From: Candidatus Thalassarchaeaceae archaeon | GTDB lineage: Archaea; Thermoplasmatota; Poseidoniia; Poseidoniales; Thalassarchaeaceae | Assembly: GCA_045568235.1 (NCBI GenBank) | Contig: JBJLBJ010000022.1 | Location: forward strand, 1,953 to 65,952 | DNA: 64,000 nt | Direction: 5' to 3' | Shown here: positions 51,504-60,700 of the stretch, piece after piece | How positions within the stretch are numbered: position 1 is the stretch's first letter | Layout of the letters: every line of letters starts with the position of its first letter | Notes under the pieces: model-generated | The model's database searches: none | What the model was told of the DNA's origin: nothing | What the model saw: the letters and a program-made list of their open reading frames with translations, nothing else | Translations under genes and position numbers: made by a program

Positions 51504-52159
51504 TCACTTTTTGTCCTCATTCCAAGCGGCGTCCACAGAACTTCTTCTTCTTCACATTTTGCACTTATCCATCTTCCCATAACAAACATCCAGTCTGATA
51601 AACGATTCAAATAAGAAATTATTTCAATTCTCACCGCTTCTTTTCCATCATTTTCTAGCATCAAACAAGCAATTCTTTCAGCTCTTCTAGCTACAGTCCG
51701 AGACACATGTAAACTTGCCACAGGTGCAGATCCAGTTGGCATAATAAACGACTCTAGAGGTTCTATATCCTCCAGCCATTTATTCATTTCTTCAACTAAT
51801 TTATCTCCTTCATTTTCACCTATCAGCGCCATCATTGATGGAAGTTTTCCAGGTGTACAGGCACATTCTCCTCCAATATCGAATAACTCTTGTTGTACTC
51901 GCCCCAAAACAATGTCAAGAGATTTTTTTACTTCATCAGATGCCATATCGGATCTTTTTAATTCCATTCTAACAATTCCAAGTTGAGAATTCAATTCATC
52001 AATAGTACCGTACATTGCAACTCTTGGATTTCCTTTACTCACTCTAGATCCATCTAATAGTGAAGTTTCTCCTTTATCTCCTCCTCCAGTATGAACTCTT
52101 GTTATACGAACCATTGCATATCTGCGAGGGCCTCTGTTATTTTGAATAGTTCGTGTCAA
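51500..52159 (-). CDS. PduO/MMAB-type ATP:cob(I)alamin adenosyltransferase
   Basis: N-terminal ITRVHTGGGDKGETSLL signature of PduO-type adenosyltransferases. The likely start is the Met at about 52114. Confidence 0.65.
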   Translation of the reverse strand: MTRTIQNNRGPRRYAMVRITRVHTGGGDKGETSLLDGSRVSKGNPRVAMYGTIDELNSQLGIVRMELKRSDMASDEVKKSLDIVLGRVQQELFDIGGECACTPGKLPSMMALIGENEGDKLVEEMNKWLEDIEPLESFIMPTGSAPVASLHVSRTVARRAERIACLMLENDGKEAVRIEIISYLNRLSDWMFVMGRWISAKCEEEEVLWTPLGMRTKSD

Positions 52160-52162
52160 AAA

Positions 52163-52906
52163 CTACAAAGAAATTTCATTAAGTGAATTTTTTATTATTT
52201 CGGTCCAAGACTCATCTAATGCAGACCATCCCCCATTCTTTTCTAATTCTAATAGATGTTCAGAACCTTTTTTATCATCTCCAATTTTTTCATATATTAA
52301 GAATAATGCTGCATGACTCATAGTATTAAGCCACGGATCATTCATATCCCACGATTTTTTAAAATGCTCTATTGCACCATTTTTCCCATAAATCAACCCT
52401 CTTTTTATTTGTCTTAATCCAGATTTTGACCATGAGATGCCAGGAACGCCTACCACCAAACCCCGAAAAGCAAGATAAATTTCTAACATGACAATTATAG
52501 AAGCTATTATGAATGACATTATTTGTTCATTCATTGTTGAATTAACCCAATCAACAGTCAATAAATCAATTGCACCAATGCACAACAATAATCCCCCAAA
52601 CGGTGCCAAAATAACATCTTGCTTTGTATTGACCATATGTCTTACTCCAATAATTATGCCAAAACCCCCAATAATTACAGTTATCAAAGCTGGCAATTCT
52701 TCAAGTGTTTCTCTAGGTGCTGTACTGGCAATAGTAAAAATAATACCGAAAAAAATAATCAAAAAAGCAAATCTTCCACCAATTTCGGGAAACGGTTGAT
52801 ATCTACTATAATACAGAATAACTCCTCCAATGAAGAAATAAAATAGTATCCAAAAATTTAGTGAAATCATTATTCCGACACTTCTCCCTTCCACCCTGGA
52901 TTCCAA
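52163..52906 (-). CDS. hypothetical polytopic membrane protein
   Basis: 247 aa with five or six hydrophobic helices. No motifs. Confidence 0.4.
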   Translation of the reverse strand: MESRVEGRSVGIMISLNFWILFYFFIGGVILYYSRYQPFPEIGGRFAFLIIFFGIIFTIASTAPRETLEELPALITVIIGGFGIIIGVRHMVNTKQDVILAPFGGLLLCIGAIDLLTVDWVNSTMNEQIMSFIIASIIVMLEIYLAFRGLVVGVPGISWSKSGLRQIKRGLIYGKNGAIEHFKKSWDMNDPWLNTMSHAALFLIYEKIGDDKKGSEHLLELEKNGGWSALDESWTEIIKNSLNEISL

Positions 52907-53205
52907 AATTTCTCATTATCGAGCCATTCTAACCATTCTATTGAGTCAGCCTGTAAAAGCCTAAAAGCCCTCCTATTTAGCCCTTCAAGTAATGAATCAG
53001 ACACTTCTCCAATCTCATTTGCAGCCGTCCACTCTATTTGCATTTCTCTAACTTTTAATTGTCCATCTGTGTGGTTATTGAAAGATTTTTCACAAACCTC
53101 TCGTAAATCTTGTAACCACATCCTAGCTCCACGCATATGGGGTTCTTCCACAAAGGGTTTAGCTTTACGTCGACGACGCCAACGACTCATATTGATGATT
53201 CGCAA
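52870..53205 (-). CDS. hypothetical protein
   Basis: 111 aa ORF with a basic N-terminus, overlapping the downstream membrane-protein gene by 37 nt. No motifs. Confidence 0.3.
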   Translation of the reverse strand: MRIINMSRWRRRRKAKPFVEEPHMRGARMWLQDLREVCEKSFNNHTDGQLKVREMQIEWTAANEIGEVSDSLLEGLNRRAFRLLQADSIEWLEWLDNEKFWNPGWKGEVSE

Positions 53206-53225
53206 GAGTACCCGGTCTTGATGCT

Positions 53226-53699
53226 TTGCGAAATCCTATTACACAGAAGCATCTGGATATATTTGTGGGTAGAATAATAGTTCATATTTTTGGTAAACCA
53301 AAAGATAAGAATTTGGCATCAATAATCGCCGATTATTCTAAAAGAGTAATTTCTAGGGGAATAATAGTTAAGATCTATTCTGATAAAAAAGATAATAATA
53401 ATTATGAAAAATATTTAACTAATCTCAAAGGTAATTTAATAATTTTAGATGAAAATGGAACTCAGAAAACAAGTAAGGAACTATCTGACTTAATATCACA
53501 AATATCACTTGGTAATGAAACAGTAAATTTTGCCATAGGCCCTCCTGATGGATTTAGTAATAAACTGAAAAATATATCAATCACACAAATATCACTTTCA
53601 AGGATGACATTACCTCATGAAATGGTAGCATGTATATTATTAGAGCAAATATATAGAGCCACTGAAATTATTCGAGGCGGTCCATATCACAGAGAATAA
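53226..53699 (+). CDS. rlmH: SPOUT-class rRNA methyltransferase RlmH-like
   Basis: 157 aa matching RlmH throughout: LIILDENGTQKTS, NFAIGPPDGFS, LSRMTLPHEMVACILLEQIYRA and the C-terminal GPYHRE. Confidence 0.7.
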   Translation: MRNPITQKHLDIFVGRIIVHIFGKPKDKNLASIIADYSKRVISRGIIVKIYSDKKDNNNYEKYLTNLKGNLIILDENGTQKTSKELSDLISQISLGNETVNFAIGPPDGFSNKLKNISITQISLSRMTLPHEMVACILLEQIYRATEIIRGGPYHRE

Positions 53700-53700
53700 A

Positions 53701-54495
53701 TCATTTAATCCGATTTACTGAATTAGATATTATTTTTAAAGCATCTATTAACACTATATCATTATCCCAAAAACCCTCATCACTTTCACCAATAGACACT
53801 TCTTTCAATAATAACTTAGATGCCCTTGAAACCTCATCTACAATGGTCACTGTAGCCTTCCTAGATGTTCTCGAAAGTGGATTCAAATCAATTACTAATA
53901 CTTCTTTACCTAGTGCAATAAGTGCTTCGCATCGATCCCCATCTTCTAAGGGGACTAATACTACATCCGCTTTTTCTATCCCTTCTACACAACATATTGA
54001 ACGAGGGCCTTCTAATCCAATAATTTTACCTTTACAGTTTTCACCTAATATTTCGACATTATTTATTCTTTCTACCCAATCTTCCCCTTTCCATTTTTCA
54101 GGAGGTCTTTCATTGGATATTTTTTCTTTATATTCATGCATTAAATCTAATAATTTTGAAATTCTTGAAGACGTTCTGTAGTATATATTTATTTCAATTG
54201 GACAGGAAATTATTGCTGCAATTTTTATTAATTCCTCTCCAGCCAAAATTGCTGTATTACCATTTACTGATATTACAGGACTTTTCGCCCCCCTCAGTCT
54301 TTTTGCAACTTCTTTAATTGATTTTAAAGCGGAAATAGAAGTTTTTTCACCAAGAAGATAGTCAAAAGCCTCACCTCTTCCGTGAGCAATCATAGCCGAT
54401 TCCGCCAAAAGACCATCATTGGAAGCCTGTACTAATTTCTCTCTAGAGATTAATGAATCATATCTCGGATGACTTTTAGGTATTTTTGACATCAA
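53701..54495 (-). CDS. archaeal-type 4-phosphopantoate--beta-alanine ligase (phosphopantothenate synthetase, COG1701-like)
   Basis: N-terminal IPKSHPRYDSL...IAHGRGEAFDYLLGE block recalled as characteristic of archaeal PPS. 264 aa. Assignment from memory of the family, not verified. Confidence 0.5.
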   Translation of the reverse strand: MMSKIPKSHPRYDSLISREKLVQASNDGLLAESAMIAHGRGEAFDYLLGEKTSISALKSIKEVAKRLRGAKSPVISVNGNTAILAGEELIKIAAIISCPIEINIYYRTSSRISKLLDLMHEYKEKISNERPPEKWKGEDWVERINNVEILGENCKGKIIGLEGPRSICCVEGIEKADVVLVPLEDGDRCEALIALGKEVLVIDLNPLSRTSRKATVTIVDEVSRASKLLLKEVSIGESDEGFWDNDIVLIDALKIISNSVNRIK

Positions 54496-55457
54496 AAAAC
54501 CTCTTTTTCGAATAACATTGATAGATCAATAGGACTAACTCCTCGATTTAATTTACTAGATGAAATAACTTCAATATCGGTTTTTCCCCAATCTTCTAAA
54601 GAATCAATATCAATACCTCCAGATGCTTCTAGAATACAATATTCACGTAATTTATTTTTTATTAGTTTTTTAGATATTTTTTTAACTGTATTAGTATCAA
54701 TATTATCTAACAATAACACAATTTTAACATTTTTTATATTACTTTGTATTTTTCTTACCCATGTTTCTACGACAATCATTGCCTCATTCATATTCTGTAC
54801 TTCTATGATAATAAAATCATCTATTTTGGATAAATCTATTTCCTCAATAGTTCTAGAAATTGTCTGTAGATAGTTTTCTTCATCTCTCATATGCGATGCA
54901 AAGTCATTTTCCTTTAACATCAAGGCATCATTTCTATTCAGTCTATGAGTATAACCTCCTCCTACATTGACAGCCCATTTGTCCATCAATCCCCAATCGG
55001 TTTTACGTGTTGCTGCAATTTTTATTTGTGGGACCATCTTAACCCATGTTTTTGTATTAGTGGCAATACCAGATAAATTTCCTAAAATGTTCAACATTAT
55101 TCTTTCTACTTTTAGAATTTCTTTTGCCATCCCTTTTATTTCTAAAATCTTTTGACTATTTTTTATTTTTCCCCCCTCTTCAACATACCACTTTATTTCA
55201 CATTCAGAAAAATGTATTTCTAATAATCTATTTACGATAGGTTTCCCACAAAGTAAACCCTCGGCCTTAGATATTATTTTTCCTTTGATTATATTTTTAG
55301 GGCCGCTCCCTCCACCCTGCTCATCAAATATCATAGAATTTATCCATCCATCCATTGATTTTAGGAATAAAGGCGTGGCCGAACCATTTTCCATATTACC
55401 TTCCCAAAGAAGATGTGAACGATCATGCGGCACGTCATCCATGTTACTCGGTATCAT
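54492..55457 (-). CDS. nadC: nicotinate-nucleotide pyrophosphorylase [carboxylating] (quinolinate phosphoribosyltransferase, NadC) with an N-terminal extension
   Basis: ERIMLNILGNLSGIAT, IAATRKTDWGLMDKWAVNVGGGYTHRLNRNDALMLKEN, LEASGGIDIDSL and a C-terminal DLSMLF align with NadC blocks. Confidence 0.75.
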   Translation of the reverse strand: MIPSNMDDVPHDRSHLLWEGNMENGSATPLFLKSMDGWINSMIFDEQGGGSGPKNIIKGKIISKAEGLLCGKPIVNRLLEIHFSECEIKWYVEEGGKIKNSQKILEIKGMAKEILKVERIMLNILGNLSGIATNTKTWVKMVPQIKIAATRKTDWGLMDKWAVNVGGGYTHRLNRNDALMLKENDFASHMRDEENYLQTISRTIEEIDLSKIDDFIIIEVQNMNEAMIVVETWVRKIQSNIKNVKIVLLLDNIDTNTVKKISKKLIKNKLREYCILEASGGIDIDSLEDWGKTDIEVISSSKLNRGVSPIDLSMLFEKEVF

Positions 55458-55498
55458 GCATCTATCTTCAACAATACGAATTATATTAGCAAAATAGT

Positions 55499-55744
55499 TT
55501 ATTTTTCTTCAACTACATCCAAACTGGTATTTGCTGCAGCCAAACAAACCAATATATCATCAATTGTTGATCTAATTGTGTTTAAATTTTTAGCAATAAC
55601 TCTTATAATTAATTTAGAAACTTCATCCAAATCAATTATTTCATATGAAAATGATTCCGGATCATCTGGAGTAATTGCTGCAAGTAATAACTCAGCGCGT
55701 GACCTCGGTCCGTTCCAAATTATCTCCACTTCTGTACTTTCCAT
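55499..55744 (-). CDS. small Pcc1-like (KEOPS subunit) protein, tentative
   Basis: 81 aa alpha/beta protein whose size and hydrophobic pattern resemble archaeal Pcc1. Weak assignment. Confidence 0.3.
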   Translation of the reverse strand: MESTEVEIIWNGPRSRAELLLAAITPDDPESFSYEIIDLDEVSKLIIRVIAKNLNTIRSTIDDILVCLAAANTSLDVVEEK

Positions 55745-55813
55745 GAACTCCGTACGCGCTACCTCTTTTGATTTGTACTGGTATTATATTGCACATCTCC
55801 CCGCGGATGATTC

Positions 55814-57463
55814 ATGGCCAGGGAATTGATTAGACTTGAAGAGGTACATCGTGCCTTTGGCCCTTTGACAGTTTTAGAATCAGTTAACTTACGTATAGAT
55901 GAAGGAGATAGAATTGGTATCGTTGGACATAATGGCGCAGGAAAAACCACATTATTACGTACTATTAGTAATCAAGACCAAGATCTTGGCGATATTTTCT
56001 TAGCAGCAGGACTCCGTTTAGCATTTTTGACACAAATTAGAGATTTAGATGAAAATGCCACTTTAGGAGAAGAACTCAGTAGACGTGGACGACAATTTCA
56101 AGAAATAGAAGACGAGATAGCATTATTAGAAGAAAAAATGACACAACCTTCGTTTTATGAAGGTGATTGGCAACCTGATATGGACAGATATCAAGAATTA
56201 CAGAGTCTCATGGCACGCTCAGGAGGAGGGGATGTCGCAGGACATGCCCAAGAAATTTTGAAAGCACTAGATTTAGCACATCATCCATTAGATATTCAAC
56301 TTTCTTTGCTATCAGGTGGCGAACGTGCAAAAGTTGCACTTGCAAGGCAATTGGTAGGGTTAAATGAAATTGATGTGTTTTTCTTAGATGAGCCGACAAA
56401 CCATTTAGATTTACAGACTTTGAACTGGCTTGAGAATTTTCTAAATAAATTTAACGGAGCTCTTTTAATTGTTAGCCATGATAGATATTTTTTAGATAGA
56501 GTTTGTAATAATATAATTGAAGTTCAAGATTCCCATACAAGAGGGTATAATGGTAATTATACTTCCTTTTTAAAGCAAAAAGAACTTTTTTTACAGACTC
56601 TTAATGACCGAATTGATAAGACACAAAAAGAATTGAAAAGGTTGAAAGGTGCAATGCAATCTATGAAAAGCTCCAATAAATATGACAAATCAGTTTCTCA
56701 AAAACATGTAATGATTTTACGAACACAACGCGAATTGAAATGGTTAAAATCTATTAAACCCAATCTAAGAAAACCTTTGAGATTTAATATGAAAGCTACA
56801 GAAAAAAGTAGTTTAGAAGTATTGGATTTTAAAAAGGCCCATATGTCATTTGACAGCCTTTCACATCCAATAATTAGAGGTTTGGATATTGGAGTAAGAA
56901 GAGGTCAGAAAATAGGTATAATAGGCCCAAATGGAGCAGGAAAAACCACATTATTAAGAATTATTAATGGTGAATTGAGTTTAGATTCAGGAGAAATAGA
57001 TATTCGTCCCGGAGTCCAAATAGGTTATTTTCATCAAGACCATAGATTACTAAATTTTGATTTGACTCCTATTGAACAGATTCAATTTTTAAAACCGAAA
57101 ATGGAATATGCAAATCTTAGATCTATGCTGGGCCAATTCCAATTCACCTCAGATATGGCCAAAACTAAACTTTCAAAATTAAGCGGAGGAGAGAGAGCTA
57201 GGGTGGCTTTACTTTGTTTATTACTAGAAGAAAATAATATGCTTTTGTTAGATGAGCCGACAAACCATTTGGATACAGATGCCAAACAAGCCTTGGAAGA
57301 AGCACTTATTGGATATGATGGAGGAATAATCACCGTCAGTCATGATAGATATTTTTTAGATCAAGTATGTGATACAATATGGGAATTAAAAGGAGATGGA
57401 AGCCTGTTTGTTTGGCCAGGAAATTATTCTGATTACATCAGAAGAAAAGAAAAACAAAAATAG
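55814..57463 (+). CDS. ABC-F family ATPase (tandem ABC domains, no TM domain)
   Basis: Two Walker A motifs (GHNGAGKTTLL, GPNGAGKTTLL), two LSGGER signatures and two Walker B motifs (FLDEPTNHLD, LLDEPTNHLD), separated by a charged helical linker typical of ABC-F proteins. Confidence 0.8.
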   Translation: MARELIRLEEVHRAFGPLTVLESVNLRIDEGDRIGIVGHNGAGKTTLLRTISNQDQDLGDIFLAAGLRLAFLTQIRDLDENATLGEELSRRGRQFQEIEDEIALLEEKMTQPSFYEGDWQPDMDRYQELQSLMARSGGGDVAGHAQEILKALDLAHHPLDIQLSLLSGGERAKVALARQLVGLNEIDVFFLDEPTNHLDLQTLNWLENFLNKFNGALLIVSHDRYFLDRVCNNIIEVQDSHTRGYNGNYTSFLKQKELFLQTLNDRIDKTQKELKRLKGAMQSMKSSNKYDKSVSQKHVMILRTQRELKWLKSIKPNLRKPLRFNMKATEKSSLEVLDFKKAHMSFDSLSHPIIRGLDIGVRRGQKIGIIGPNGAGKTTLLRIINGELSLDSGEIDIRPGVQIGYFHQDHRLLNFDLTPIEQIQFLKPKMEYANLRSMLGQFQFTSDMAKTKLSKLSGGERARVALLCLLLEENNMLLLDEPTNHLDTDAKQALEEALIGYDGGIITVSHDRYFLDQVCDTIWELKGDGSLFVWPGNYSDYIRRKEKQK

Positions 57464-57472
57464 CTTGAAATA

Positions 57473-58651
57473 TTAAACACCCCAAAATCTATTTGCACTT
57501 AATGATTCATCATTCTCTTCAAAAGATTGTACTACAGTTCTTAATAGATAATAAAGCACAGTGGCGACAATTGGGAGAAACCAAGTATCTGATATCTCTC
57601 CAAAGGCTAAACTATAATCATCTCCAGATAATTCAGTTAATAGAACTTCTATGATTGCTCTAGAGATAGTATAAATTACTCCTCCAAGCCCAAATAATAA
57701 CAAACTCCTACCTGTAAATGTTCCTTCCTTCCATCTTAGTACTCCTAAAGAAAGTGCAAAAGAGAAAGTAGATACAACTATCCATGTAAGTGCTTGGTCT
57801 AGTGCAATAACCCAAACTGCAACATCTCTGTTTACAGCATCCAAATCAAACACATCAATACTTACGTAACTTTCAGTAACATACTCATTTAATTCTGATG
57901 TAGAACCAGTAAGAACTTGCCAAACCGTTAGGACCGATAATAGCACGGAAACAATTGCTAAACCCCACAATAAAGAAGACCAAATACCTCCAGTAGCACT
58001 TTCTCGCATATCATTCATTAAACGATCTAATTGTTGTTCCCAACCCAATCCCTTTGCTAAAACCCATATTCCTATTATCAATGGCATTGCACCAATAATT
58101 ACAGTTCCGTTGGGTAACATTAATCCCAATCCAAAAAGCATTAAAAATATTGCAACTGGTACTAATAATCTAGCACGCCATCTAGGGTCTTCAACAGCTT
58201 TAATTATGTAGTAATAGGTACTTTCAATTCCTCTATTCTGTCTTACAATTATCTTCTCAATATGGTCTACTCTTATTCTTGAGGTTATTATCGGAAGAGA
58301 TGCTTCATCATCTGCACCATCAGTGACTAGAACTGCCGAATCTGGTTGAAATTCCTTGATCACTTCTTCTAATTGACTTGCAATTGCTCTATCACTACGT
58401 GGACCAACTCTTACATCACCTGTTAATATCGCTATTTCTAATTCATCATTTGCTTTCGCACTTTCTACCATCTTATCGTGATGATGCAACGCCCCTAAAA
58501 TTGCGTTTGTATCAGATTCTTCTGGATCTGCAATCCCTAACCGCAATACTGCATTTAAAGCACTCTTTCTACCTATTACAGGGCCTCTTATTCCAGCTTT
58601 AACACCTAAATCATTATCTCTGTCAACAGTCATTATTAATGTTCTAGCCAT
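57473..58651 (-). CDS. DUF373-like archaeal membrane protein
   Basis: N-terminal soluble region MARTLIMTVDRDNDLGVKAGI, remembered as the DUF373 signature, followed by multiple TM helices. 392 aa. Confidence 0.45.
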   Translation of the reverse strand: MARTLIMTVDRDNDLGVKAGIRGPVIGRKSALNAVLRLGIADPEESDTNAILGALHHHDKMVESAKANDELEIAILTGDVRVGPRSDRAIASQLEEVIKEFQPDSAVLVTDGADDEASLPIITSRIRVDHIEKIIVRQNRGIESTYYYIIKAVEDPRWRARLLVPVAIFLMLFGLGLMLPNGTVIIGAMPLIIGIWVLAKGLGWEQQLDRLMNDMRESATGGIWSSLLWGLAIVSVLLSVLTVWQVLTGSTSELNEYVTESYVSIDVFDLDAVNRDVAVWVIALDQALTWIVVSTFSFALSLGVLRWKEGTFTGRSLLLFGLGGVIYTISRAIIEVLLTELSGDDYSLAFGEISDTWFLPIVATVLYYLLRTVVQSFEENDESLSANRFWGV

Positions 58652-58693
58652 ATAATTACCCCTGCCTTAATATTTATTTTAATTGGATATTAC

Positions 58694-59866
58694 TTATGAA
58701 GAATTGGACATTTTGCTTCCGTCTTCTCCTTCCATGTTTTTGTTTTGATTCGTATCTTCATTATATCTTCTTCTCTGTTTTGCTCTTAGATATTTAAGCG
58801 GATGAGTCATCCATTCTTGATCACAAAGCGAATTATCACCTTTCTGCACCGGACAACGAGCTCCTGTTTTTAGTGCTGAACAACCATGGGGTGTATATTC
58901 CCTCTCGTATATTTGATTTATTTGATATCCACTGGTCTCTGCATTATAATCAGGAGCATTTGAAAAAAATCCCAATGTTTCTTCTTGCGAAAATCCCATC
59001 GATCTGGACATAGCGGCTAAAAACACACGGCCCGTGTGATTTACATTTATGCCTTGATTTAATTCTGAAACAGCCAATTCAAAACAAGGAGGCCATTCAT
59101 TTCTTGTTGTAGCACTCATTGGCATTTCTTCCCGAACTCTTTCTGAAAATAAACTAACAATTCTTTCTACAGAAGATGAGAACAGGGCCGCAAATTCATC
59201 ATCCATTTTTTCCATTCTTTGAATACATATTTCATTAAGATTTTCACGAATTCTTTCTTTTAATAATCTAGACGTACGCTGCATACTAGTTTCTCCTACT
59301 CCTGGATTCATACAAACCCAACCATCTTTCACTGAACGATTTATTAATCTCCAATAGTTTCCTGAGATTTTAGGGCATAATTCTATGAAATCACTAATTG
59401 GAATCCAATAAACAGAAACACCAGTTTCATCTTTATTCTCTTTAATATCAGAAAGATATGTGTTTGCAATTAACATAAAATTTTGACTATCTACTCCCAA
59501 TAAATAATCTGCTCTACTAGATTCTCCCTCAATCCATCTTCCCAATAGTCTCTCATCAAAAGACGCACATATTATCAACATCGCATATAGAAATGACAAA
59601 CATTCTGTCATTTTTCCTATCTCAGTTGATAAATCTATAATTTCTGCCGATTTAATATCACCTTTGTGAGTAATGCTTTCCACTAGCCTAATTCGACCTC
59701 TTGCTCGGATATCTTCTAACCATGGAGCATCTATCAACTGCTCTATTGTTATGTTATTTTCCTCTAATAATTTTTTAATATATTCTTTACTCTGAGGAAG
59801 AAAACCATATCTCGCCAGTATACTCTCATCACCAATCTCAGGCAACTCGAGCGGCATCGGCGGCAT
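58694..59866 (-). CDS. priL: DNA primase large subunit PriL
   Basis: C-terminal Fe-S domain with WPPCFELAV (the PPC motif) plus three further Cys (HGCSALKTGARCPVQKGDNSLC). 390 aa. Confidence 0.55.
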   Translation of the reverse strand: MPPMPLELPEIGDESILARYGFLPQSKEYIKKLLEENNITIEQLIDAPWLEDIRARGRIRLVESITHKGDIKSAEIIDLSTEIGKMTECLSFLYAMLIICASFDERLLGRWIEGESSRADYLLGVDSQNFMLIANTYLSDIKENKDETGVSVYWIPISDFIELCPKISGNYWRLINRSVKDGWVCMNPGVGETSMQRTSRLLKERIRENLNEICIQRMEKMDDEFAALFSSSVERIVSLFSERVREEMPMSATTRNEWPPCFELAVSELNQGINVNHTGRVFLAAMSRSMGFSQEETLGFFSNAPDYNAETSGYQINQIYEREYTPHGCSALKTGARCPVQKGDNSLCDQEWMTHPLKYLRAKQRRRYNEDTNQNKNMEGEDGSKMSNSS

Positions 59867-59905
59867 AAAGCCTCTATGTACCCCTAGGGTTCTTCAATAC
59901 TCACT

Positions 59906-60691
59906 ATGCCGATATACATGAGAAAGGACATTATGCCACGAATAAAACAAAGAATTGAACACACCAATCATGAATTAATTAAAATCCAAGATGAGATAAG
60001 GGATTTTTTCGGTTGGGATTTGAGTGATGATTTACATAGTACAGAAAAATTATTGTATAAAGTTGATAATTCGAATGTTAATGATTGGAAAATATCTAAT
60101 CGAGAAAAGAATCTATTTGATATCATCGAACAAATGAATTCTACTGATAAAAAAATTGTAATTGTTGGTGCTGCAGTGACATCTTTAGAAATTATTAAAA
60201 TTTTAAAAAGTAATAATTTTTTAGTATTGGCAGATGGAGCAGGTGCAGTTTTTTCCACATTAGATGATGACTTGGAAAAAGAAGCTTGGTCTCGAACACT
60301 TTGTATCATAAGTGATGGAGATGGAGGAAGCGGGCTAACTAAAGCCATTCAAAAAGAAATACCATTGATACTCCATGCGCATGGCGACAATGTCCTTTCT
60401 TGGACCAAGGTAATCGATTATATTCTTTCTTCTGATATTGAAATGAAGATAGTTTTAACACATCAATTACCCAAAAAAATTGATGGTATGTATAATTTTG
60501 GAGGATTTACAGACGGAGATAGAGCAGTGTGTTTTGTTCATTCCATAGGAGTACCTAAAGAAAGAATAGTAATGATAGGTACAAGGACAGATATAGTTGG
60601 CAAATGGTCTGGAATTACTGACAAAGAATTAAAATTATCGAAATTAAAATGGATGGAAAAAGTATTACAAATTATAGAAATAAATTATTAA
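59906..60691 (+). CDS. DUF115-family protein, possibly MptE-like 6-hydroxymethyl-7,8-dihydropterin pyrophosphokinase
   Basis: Rossmann-like KKIVIVGAAVTS, ISDGDGGSG and ILHAHGDN blocks resembling COG1634/DUF115. Tentative. Confidence 0.35.
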   Translation: MPIYMRKDIMPRIKQRIEHTNHELIKIQDEIRDFFGWDLSDDLHSTEKLLYKVDNSNVNDWKISNREKNLFDIIEQMNSTDKKIVIVGAAVTSLEIIKILKSNNFLVLADGAGAVFSTLDDDLEKEAWSRTLCIISDGDGGSGLTKAIQKEIPLILHAHGDNVLSWTKVIDYILSSDIEMKIVLTHQLPKKIDGMYNFGGFTDGDRAVCFVHSIGVPKERIVMIGTRTDIVGKWSGITDKELKLSKLKWMEKVLQIIEINY

Positions 60692-60700
60692 ATATCAAAA

